A stretch of 64,000 nucleotides of DNA, taken from contig CM120646.1 in assembly GCA_051362555.1 (NCBI GenBank), forward strand, positions 2,790,001 through 2,854,000, given 5' to 3'. The notes beneath the pieces are model-generated. The model was not told where the DNA came from. It ran no database searches and saw nothing but the letters and a program-made list of their open reading frames with translations. How positions within the stretch are numbered: position 1 is the stretch's first letter; every line of letters starts with the position of its first letter. Source of the DNA: Lingula anatina (lineage: Eukaryota; Animalia; Brachiopoda). A program made the position numbers and the translations under genes. Of the stretch, positions 46,929-57,303 are shown one piece after another.

Positions 46929-49900
46929 ATGACTGAGGCAAGCCTTGACGATTTCTTTGCCAAAAAAGATAAGACAAAGAAGAAATCGAAGTCAAAATTG
47001 ACACCGGATGAATTGCTCGATCGACAACAAGAGGAAACGTCGTTGAAAAAGCTAAAAAAGAAGAAAAAGAAGCAAGAATCAGCAGAAGGAGGCGACAAGA
47101 ACGAAAATAAGGTTGGTTTATCCGTTTTAATTTCAACGTCTAAAAACAACAAAGGTCATTGCATTAATGTATATTTTGCCAGATGTTTGTCTGATTTTGG
47201 AGTGGGAGCTTTTTTTATCCTCGGCATATGGTAGACTGAGCGCTGAAACTATCTCTATGGCTCATGGATCTATTGCGTTTTATCATATATCTAATCGGCT
47301 CATTATCAGTTTTAGAATTTTTACCTGAACCCTTCACCAAATACAGTGTTGATAAAAGAGCGAGAAATTGTTAAATTTGTAACTATAGAACCTTATCAGG
47401 CTCTAAAAAGTACCTACTTACATAACCATTGTGCTAAAGATAGAATATTGCAGAGAGGGGTTGATTCTTCTATAAGTAGCTAGAGGTAGAATGCCGGTAG
47501 ATTGGACAGCTTATCTCAGTGACTGAATGTATTGTTTTTCTTATTATTTTTCGATCTTTACAATATTGAAAACCTTAAAGACCAAATGCTGATAAAGTGG
47601 GCGTGGTCTGCTTATCAGCCTTTGATTTATTCAGGGCTAAGATAGATATGGTCATTATTGTGGTAACTATTTGTGACTTTGTAATAGATAATAAGGAGTA
47701 TGTTATCAGTCTGGAACATTAACACGGGACCCCTTGACAACTGCCTGTCAAACTGAAACTGGGCTTGTAATATAATTGACTAAAATGTAAGAAATAAAGG
47801 ATCTTATCAGTCAGTTAGATAAAAAAAGTTACCAATGTTAAAGCTCAATACCTTCAACAGTTGTGAAGATGTAAAATTGATATTTAAGGAAAGTGTTGTT
47901 TTTTATAAATGCTGAAAATGTCATCACACTTTCTTTAGTTTTGGCACAACAAAAAATAAAAATATTAAGTAAAAAAGTACTTTTTGGAAGCCTTTGTGAT
48001 ATCTTACGGATGACTGTGTGTGTTTTGATAATTGTATTTTATTTGATGAAAATATTTGAACTGTTTTATTTTAACACTTAAATTTTCAAGGTTGACCAAA
48101 AGTAATATATCAAAAATATGTGCAATATTTCAATACAAAAGCTTGTCAACTGTTGAAGTTAGTGATTGAAATAAGCAACATTTTTCAAGCCACTCAATAA
48201 ATGCACAGTCATTGGTAACTGTCACTGCTTTCAGCCAGTATATTCTTATACCTTTAGGCCTAGTGAATGAGTCAGCAGGCCTACAAGAAAATTGAGACGG
48301 ACTGTTTAACATTTTAAACAAGTGCATTAGAAAGGGGTGCGGAAGACTTCAATTTTTTATTTACTTTCCAGGAAGATGAAGAATGGATAGATTATGTAAA
48401 TGAAGAAGAAAAGGATTTATCAGGACTCAGGATAAAAGAATTACAAATAACAAGGTAAATGTATGTAATGTCCCAGAGTTTGCTCATGTGCACTAAAGCA
48501 AACAAAAGCTCAGTTGTGTAGCAATGTTACTTTCAATATTGTCAATGAAATTATCTTCCTTGTTATCCAGTAAAATCAATACCAATACACACGAAATGCA
48601 TTCATTGGGAACCTGTGTGGTTAAATTCGTGTCCATCAAATAGAACTTGCCTCTCATAGTGAATCTGCAATGTCAGTTTGTTCTGAATCTGGTATTTTAC
48701 AACATACGTAAGTATCAGAATTTGATTTTATCTGCATTCCTTATACTGGTCTGTTGTTATCTTTATGGATTGAGATGAAGACATAATATTCCTTAAAGTG
48801 CACATAATCTTTTTACGTGGATCATTCCAACCCAAGCAGGAACTCTTGCTGTATGCAATCAGATAAACATATTAGCACACTGCCACCTGGTGTAGAGTAG
48901 AATGCAGAAAAACTGGTGGATAGATAAGTATGTCGGGAACGAGATGATGCATGTTAATCTTATTGCATTCAGCAAGAGACCCCAGAGTGTTTGATTGATC
49001 TACCTAGAACTATGGCTCCATTGGGAATGAACCCCTAGGCCCCATTCATAATAGGGTCCAACTAGTCCAAGGGTCAAATATCATGGCGGCCCACTACAAA
49101 GCTTGCCGTCTTATCCGCTAATAGACACTGAATAGATATCCCATGGGGAAGTATTCAAGTGGGTCAGCCACATTTGACCCTCAGACTACTTTGTTCCCTA
49201 TTCTGAATGGGCCCTTAGTTAAAAGCATTCAAAACTGTTGTTGTTGTCTCTTGTTTCTAGAGAAGAAGAGGAAGCAGGTAAACAGGAGGAGGAGGAACAG
49301 GAGGAGGACGAGGATGGAGAACCCAGTGAGAGACGAGAAGGAAGTGCTGGACCCTGGAACAGAACACAACCCGACAGCAGTGGAGGGCCAGGTAATGAGG
49401 ATATGCAGTAGAGCGGCCCCATGAGTGTATAATATAACAGGGCAAATGGCTTGATAAGTTTGTAATGGGAGGGGGGGCTTGAAAGATATGGACAGTTTGG
49501 GGGGGGGGGGGTAATATTTCAGGCCAGGTAATTAGTAGGCAGACATGGGGAAACTGCCCCCCCCTCTCCCCTTGACCAGTCAAGACTGCTTGAAAAGCCA
49601 GAGGACCAACTAGATTTTTTGATAATGCACATGCGTGGCAATTGCTCTATTGTTAAAACTTATCATAAAACCTGTCATTTCTGCTATTTGAAGCACTGCA
49701 GTTTTTTGTCATATTGGAAGAAATTACTGATCAGTTAGAAGATTGTACATGGCTTAACTGGTGACAGCAGTGTGAGCTAGTTAGCTGGTTAGTTTAGGGC
49801 TGTTTTGTTCAGGCCTACCCGCAATATTCCCACAATGCAGTTTGATACCCCTGCCAATGCAAAACCTCAAAGTGAAGAATACAGAATATTTTTGGTTAGG

Positions 49901-50652
49901 TGAACCAAATTAGACTGCTGTACTGTGAACTTGACCACATGACACCTCTTCTAACACCTGTAACACCTCTTCTAAAATAAGATACACTTGTATTCTTACA
50001 GCTCAGCCAGTGACTCCAGAACCCGTTCCAGAGCCAGAACCAGAGCCTGAAGAGAAGTCCCCCTCAGAGCCTGCCAAACCAATGAAATATGTTCCGCCTA
50101 GCCTGCGGGGATCAGCTGCCGCCGGTCCAGTCATCACACCAGTCTCTCTAGCAGCACAGAGGAGAAAAAAGAAAGAAGCACCAAATTTAAGAAGTGAAGA
50201 AGATTTTCCTACACTTGGTGGTGAAGCACCTCCGGCCAGGTAATGGAGGGTGGATTTTCAACAAGGAGGACTTTTTTTCTGAATGAGTGTTATTTTTTTA
50301 TCTGGAATAACTGAAAGTGTATGATATAGATGTCTCTAATCAGCCCAAGTGAGATAAAATGTGTATACAGCCTACATTGATTATCGTAAGATTTTTTTAA
50401 TTTGATTAATCTGTTTGTTTAAACTTGGGGCCCAGCAAACATTAGTCTGTGGTGGCCCTAATTTAAAACAAGTTATTTAATGTTGTTCTATTTTATCTCA
50501 TTATTAATCTCACTATTCTATAAAAATGCAGGGAGGCCCCAGCACGAGACTTTACCAAGGTGAAAATGGGCGGTAAACAGACAGAAGACTCCTCCAGTAA
50601 AGGACCCCAGCTGGAATTGGGCAACAGATACAATGCTCTACAAAGTTCCTAG
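46929..50652 (+). CDS. CDV3: Protein CDV3 homolog, about 251 aa, 5 coding exons
   Basis: Exons: 46929-47111, 48372-48454, 49261-49391, 50002-50239, 50532-50652, with consistent phases. Motifs SLDDFFAKKDK, EDEEW...KDLSGLRIKELQI, SAGPWNR, YVPP, APNLRSEEDFPTLG and LELGNRYNAL are characteristic of CDV3. Confidence 0.92.
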
Positions 50653-51382
50653 TAACTTCTTACACCAAGGAACAAGACTTGAACTGAGACGAGGGTGGGA
50701 GGAGATGTAAAGAGGGGATGAAACAACACCAGTCAGGGAGGTGCATGTGATTTACACAAATGCGAGGCACGAGTGGATGTCACATGGGCCTAGCTGACGA
50801 GTGGTGTACATGACTTATACCACAACACATAAGGATGCCGAGAAGAAAAGACCCAAACATGGAGAAATTTTGTTCTCTACCAGAGATCCTTGAATTCAAG
50901 TAGCAGAATGATATGAAATTTGCTGGGATAGTTACAAGGTGCAGCTGGTAGAGGGCTTTGGATCTTGTCTAGTGTGTGGTGTGTAGATATGGAAGGTTAG
51001 CCATATCCAGGTCTTTTGTTCTCGACACTCAACAAACTCCGCCAAAGGGCTCATTCCCAGTGAAACTATCATTCTGCATAGATAAATCCCACTCTGTAGG
51101 GACTCCTGCTGAATGCAGTAAGATAAATGCCTCCTGCCCTTAATTACAATACAGAAAAGCAGGTGATTATACAAGTATGTTGAAATGAGAGGATGTGTGT
51201 TAATCTGGTTGCATTCAGCGAGAGTCCCCATGGAGTTGGATGTATCTAGGTAAAACTATAGTTTCTTTGGGAGTGAGCCCTACGAGGAGTAGAAGGAGAA
51301 GAAGGTAAAGGGGATTTAATAGAAAATACAGGCCCTGCTAATCTGAAATAAGGGAGATATGCAATTTTTTCTAAAACATTAA

Positions 51383-51642
51383 GGCTTCGTTCACATGGAA
51401 TGTCTATTTTCTAAAAATCTATTTTCTATTCGCGGTATGTCTTATGATCACGGTCTGTGCCCTGAATATCCCGCCACGTAATTACTGGCAGCATGAGCCA
51501 GTTACTTATAGTAACTTATAGTAACTGGCTCGCGCTGCCAGTAATTACGCCGCAGGATATTCGGGGCACAGACCGTGATCATAAGACATACCGCGAATAG
51601 AAAATAGAATTTAGAAAATAGACATTGCATGTGATTGAAGCC
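51383..51642. mobile_element. Near-perfect palindromic PIF/Harbinger-like MITE, same family as 14509-14732
   Basis: Starts ggcttcgttcacatg, ends catgtgattgaagcc, TSD TAA. Arms of about 125 bp pair up to the centre gttacttatagtaacttatagtaac. Confidence 0.85.
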
Positions 51643-52838
51643 TAACTATATCTCCGTTGTTCATTAAGAAGTTCATAAAAACCTACACACGGCCATCTTA
51701 TATTTGACTGTATAATGATGAGACTTTCAATCAACACATCTGGATGTGATAAAAGAAACTGAGATTATGTGAACATTTCAATGGATTTATCACAGTATTT
51801 TCCATTTGATGAATTAATATAACAGTAATTTTGCACCCGGGTTATTTTCAAAGGGTATTAAAGCTTACCTATACCTGATGGTAAGGTGATGTTAAATTGT
51901 ATACATATTATGTGAAACAGGGAACCAAATAATCTGCATGAGTGAAAAATGTTTGCAAAAATTGTGTTAAGACTAGTGAATAAGTCCATGCAATCAAGGG
52001 GAGTTTATTTATATGGCAAAATTATAAGAATAATAAAAAGAAGTGGTCAAAATTAGGCAGGTGTTTGAGTTGTGTAGAATTGATGTGGTTTTCATATATG
52101 TATTTATTTGTCATTAAATCGACATTCATGTTGAGACACAAGCTATTATTGAATCTCCCTAGCCCTGCCGTGGAACTAAAAGAAAAAATTAAAACTAATT
52201 GTAAATATGTAATGTTCAGCATGCAACAATTTTGAAAGGTTAAATGACATGGGGTTGAAACTAGGTTTGTCTGATCACCATCTACTTCAACTGATCACTT
52301 ACTACCCGTCACTAAATTGCAAGTTTCTATTAAGTTGAGAAAGCAACATGATATATGCATGCAACTGTAGGAATATAATCAATCGTATTCCATTTTTACA
52401 TAAATATTTCATATTCTGCCTGCATAAGCTAAATCCACGTCAGATTCTGCCACTGCATTCCTCTAAACTACTGCATGACTTTGTCCCAAACATCAGATTT
52501 TCACACATTCAAGGGAGTAGCCCAGCAAAAACTGTATATTTGTGTAAGTCAAGGCCCTGTTGCAAATGAAGTGTAGTGGGTGTGCTTGGTCAGCTCACCT
52601 ATTGCAATACTGACCACATTCTGACTATTTTGTCCTTATAGTTGCATTCGTGGATAAGGCAATGCAAACGATCCCCAAATAATTGACCAGTGTCAACTCA
52701 TTGTCTTTTCACAATAACCAGTTGTACTATAGACTGAACAATAACAGTGACCCTATGGCCTCTGCAGAAAAGCCCTGCCCAGAAGGACACCGATCGGCGG
52801 TTGCATTGACCTCCCGAGACCGTTACGGTGAAGGTAGC

Positions 52839-53009
52839 CGGTGTAACAAAACTTAAGGTCCGTGTAACAGAAAGTCCGCTCATTTAGTTATAATGGTTAG
52901 GGTTAGCCTGACCTAAGTGGGTCAAAATCTAGGGCAAGGCTTACCTGTGCCTACATATGAATGATAAGCGGACTCTCTATCATGGGGAACTCTCTGTCAC
53001 GTTACACCG
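52839..53009. mobile_element. Small TIR element (cggtgtaac...gttacaccg) with an internal telomere-like ggttagggttag
   Basis: Terminal 9-bp inverted repeat plus internal inverted segments agaaagtccgct / agcggactctct. Confidence 0.45.
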
Positions 53010-53189
53010 ATCGCCTTTTTTTTTTTTTTTTTTTTTTTTCCGGTCTCCGCACACGGCGAGTAGAAACTGTTACAGCCAGCCTAGCGTCCACGGTGAAGGA
53101 TGCCTTGGTGCCGTTTGCCACTGATCGCCTATCGTCTCTCCCTGCGTCTACTCTAGTTTCCCTCTTATAAATGAGTCTCAGAATCGTAT

Positions 53190-53355
53190 TATGAAAAACG
53201 ACACTGTTTTCTGGTTCCCAAAACCATTTTTCGTCAATAGCTTTCTAGGCTCTCCTCATATGAAAAAGACGACACTAGTAACTGGTTGTCAAAATCGCTT
53301 TTGAAAAACGACACTAGATTCTGGTTTCCAGGATTGTTTTGGAAAACGGCAATAC
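53190..53355. repeat. Degenerate repeat of about 40 bp (gaaaaacgacact...ctggtt)
   Basis: Motif recurs at about 53193, 53262, 53303 and 53342. Confidence 0.55.
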
Positions 53356-53679
53356 TTTTTGATTGCCAGAATAGATCTCAGCAGTCTCACCGACCAGACG
53401 ACTCATTCTGTCTGTCGCAAAACGCCACAGCAGATTTTACTGCTCCCTTCCAGGGAGATTTTTTCAGTAAATTTTCATAGACATTTCTCTGACAATTCAT
53501 GTGTACATTTCTGCACTTTGTGGATTTTTGCACAGATTTTTGTCCACCGAAAATTTGTTCTCAAAATTGAAGAAAAGAGGTCACTTGGATCCATCATGTG
53601 TCCAATCTAGAAATTCGAAACCTCTAAACCACCTCAAGCCTGTGGGGAGAAGAGTCCATTTCTGCGGCTTGCCTAATTA

Positions 53680-53721
<42 letters not shown>

Positions 53722-53778
53722 AATTTGTTATGTTATTATTTTTTGTCAAATTACACATTAGCGAAATTCAATCATCTG

Positions 53779-53864
53779 CCCTGCAAACACTTCACGTTCA
53801 GACCACGTGGCTAGCACTTTGCAACGTGCTAGCCACGCGATCTGAACGTGACATGTTTGCTGGG
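53779..53864. mobile_element. 86-bp hairpin MITE with CCC(A/T)GCAAACA termini (CMC/EnSpm-like)
   Basis: ccctgcaaaca...tgtttgctggg, 2-bp TSD TG, almost fully self-complementary. Confidence 0.65.
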
Positions 53865-55309
53865 TGAGAATGAATTCCCTCGTCAAATCGCCCTGTTTTT
53901 GGTGCCGAAAAGCAATTTAACACTCATTTGCGTGTAATTTTCACGGAGGCCACACCCCCCTCAGCTACCCCACCGGACTTCCTACGCATGTCTCAGCGCT
54001 CATTTCTGCCACAAAAATGCACTCATTGTAATTTCACGACCCTTTCTGCTCACCTTTGTTTCAGAGACATTAAATATTTATTGATAACGATATTAATACC
54101 ATCATCACGCACATATATAGATTCTTAAGCAAACAGTGGGGGTGGCCTTTTTCGTGCAGTCAATCAAGATGATAAATTTAGATTCTGTCAGATTAGATAT
54201 ACCACTGCCGTGCGTACAAAATGAAAGTTGTGGGAGTAGACGACCCAAACACAGGGATATGCTTTTGCGGCAAAGCATATACATTTGCACGCATATAGGC
54301 GGTTTATTTGAGATTCGTGTATACTGTATGGCAATTGGTCGTGAAATATCACAGCAAGTTTGAGAAATTTCGTTAAAATTGCCCCATGCCAACACGTCCT
54401 GAATTTTGACAGACAAACAAAGCGACTGAGATATACTGATGATAGAAGTTAGTTTCCAATCGTCTCTCAAACCCAGGTTGCGAAAGATGCGACCATACAT
54501 GGCCCATATGCGCTAATGATTCTTTCCAGCCAGGGGTATGAATTCAGCAAAAACTGTATATAATAGGCCTAATAAAATAATAATAATAATTATTATTATT
54601 ATTTATAATTAATGTATTATTATTATCTCCCAAAGCAGTAAAGAACTATAGAAAATGTATTGCGCGAAAATGCTTTATATTCCATGAACCTTGTCTTAAT
54701 TTTCTTTTCACAATTCGTGCCTCTCTCAAACACGCGCGCGCGCACTTGCACACACGCACGCACACGCACGCGCACACACTCACACTCACATTTAGATTAC
54801 AGTGGTTGATCCAATCACCAGAAATCTTCATTATTGTTTTGATTGTGTTTTACTTTATAGTCGCCCCAACACATTTAGGCCTACTACACAGATACTTTGC
54901 CCTTAAAACCTTAAAGCGAAATCAACAACTACAGGTAGGACATAAATGTTTTTGCAGCACACTAAGCATTATTTATATTGTTACAGATAATAGGTAAAAG
55001 CCAGCATAGACATCGTGGGATGTGCATGAGATTTTATTGTTACATATAATAGCTAAAAGCCAGCATAGACATCGCTGTGCTTTGCTTGAAATTTTGCAAA
55101 ATCAGATGCACGTGCATTTTATAATCAGTCTTTGCATTGAGCCATATACCTGATCCTCTAAATACCCCCGAGGCCTATTTGCCCAGAAATTACTTGGTAG
55201 TTGACATGAGAGAGAGAGAGAGAGAGAGAGATAGAGAGAGAAGAGGCGACTTCGATAAGGCACTTTGACACATGCCCAGATCAATACCTGGGCGCAGTGA
55301 AATCATGCG

Positions 55310-55727
55310 TGGTGACGTAACACGCATGCGCAAACCCAATATACTCAGCTGTGGCAAACATAAATGATCAATACGCACGATAGATTATGCTTCAGACGCA
55401 CTTAATAGTTTCTATTTAGATCACACCAGCAACACTGCTGCTTGCTGATGCACTAACGCTAGCCAGAGTATACATACATACATTTCCAACATGGAGAATT
55501 AAAGTAACGCGTTTTCACCTACGTGATGTGAGGTGAGGTGTCACAATTTCTAGGAAAACCGGGAAATGATTAAGACGAGCGCCTAGGAAGTTCAGAGACC
55601 TGACGAGATTACTTCGTGAGGAGTGCTTTGGCAACGTGATCCGAGTGATCCAGGTGAAGCCAGCGTTAGTTTACACATGGGGACGCTGTTCAAGCTCCAG
55701 GAATAAGAGCTGTATTTCCCGAGAAAG
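55310..55727 (+). promoter_or_regulatory. Putative promoter and non-coding first exon of an unidentified downstream plus-strand gene
   Basis: CRE-like TGACGTAA at about 55313 and NRF1-like ACGCATGCGCA at about 55322. A CpG-richer stretch ends in a strong donor AAG|GTGAGC at 55727/55728. No sizeable ATG-initiated frame reaches the donor. Confidence 0.35.
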
Positions 55728-56567
55728 GTGAGCAATTAGAAATACCCCAATGTCACCCTTCTACATGTGCGTTTTACCACAGGGTTGAATGAAATATTAA
55801 AACGTTAACATCGCAGTGTACATGTTATTCCCAATAGCTTTTCAGTATTTGCTTTTAATTCTATGGTCTTGTTGCTTTCTTGCGTACCGGGTACTGTCAG
55901 ACCCAGACGTATTTTCATGAAAAAAAGGACACACCTTTGCAAACTTCGATTACACAATTAATAGATTATTCATTGTAGAGGGACAACGATGACGTCTCAT
56001 ATAACATTTGATACAGTTAAAATCCAATAGCCAAATTTTGTAGTGTTTATATTTACGCATGTCCGCATGGTGCTATGGATCGTTAAAATCCTGTGATCAA
56101 TGATTTTTGCCTGGCACGCACTGCACGTGCTACATAAACGTGAACTTGGCAGATCCACATTTTCATGTATTATGACCTATGAGGGATGAGAGTCTCTGTT
56201 TTTAAAATTTGAGTTCATTTATGGCACCTACAGATAAGGGTCCTGGAAAAGGGGGGCGGGGTCTTGTCCTCCACCTCAACCCCGCCCCTCACCCCAACCC
56301 CAACCCTTCCATCTGACTATAAAATACGCGTCCCCTCCTTCAAATAAATGTTGCATACACTTCTAAATGCTCTAAATTACGCTAATTTTTCAAAATTTTC
56401 CCTCTAACTACAAGAGGTCCCTTTTCTCCAGCGCCATATCATACATGTATTAGGAATGATGAGTAGCTGGATGTCGGCAATTATTAGAGAACGCAATTTT
56501 TTCTATATAGCACGGATAATACGAAAAATTGGAAAATAATATTATATCACTGTCTTCTCTGAAGTAA

Positions 56568-56609
<42 letters not shown>

Positions 56610-57021
56610 AGGGAGAGAGAGAGGGACTTGTACATATATACTTCTTCATAACAACTAGCAGATCAAATTTAACTTAAGGACAAATATAGAAGAACACTTA
56701 TATTTATGAGAATAGATTCTACACCTATCCTGGAAGGCTTCTAGAAGAGATTTTTATTTCGAAAACGCTGGGGGCTGTTTATTCATCCCCCTTATCGCAT
56801 GCTACGAGATTAATCAATGATGCTTGAAGACAGCATGCACGTTGAAACATTATCGAGCATTGCTTGGAAAATCCGCTGTATCAGATATTGAGATATTGAG
56901 CTTAGTTACAGCATACACGGTAGGCACTGTACGTATCAAAAGGCTGAGACAATCTACGGTATGAAGCAAGATTCGACAATGTTTACTACCCCAAAGTATA
57001 CCCTTGGATGGAATGAGGATG

Positions 57022-57303
57022 TTACAGGGGAACGGGGGGGGGGGTTGCGGAGCTGGTGAAATCTTGTGAAATCACGCACACCAATGCGTAACCCAAACAC
57101 ACACCCACAACGCCCGCACTCACGGTAACATATACCCAGACAAACTTCCACCTCGGCAGGTATAACATATGTTCCAGTATTATGTTCCAAAACTGTGTAG
57201 AAAATGGCTCAGGGCGCCAAGGTGCTTCTTTGTCCGTCTGCCAGAGTAATCCCAGAAATGTAGCAATATTGCACACCAATAGTAAAACACGACTGCAATC
57301 CAT
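57022..57303 (-). CDS. Candidate 93-aa single-exon membrane microprotein of unknown function
   Basis: ATG in good Kozak context (AGTATGG), locally higher GC, and two hydrophobic segments (VLLLVCNIATFLGLLW; FVWVYVTVSAGVVGVCLGYALVCVI) separated by a polar loop. No family recognised. Confidence 0.4.
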   Translation of the reverse strand: MDCSRVLLLVCNIATFLGLLWQTDKEAPWRPEPFSTQFWNIILEHMLYLPRWKFVWVYVTVSAGVVGVCLGYALVCVISQDFTSSATPPPVPL

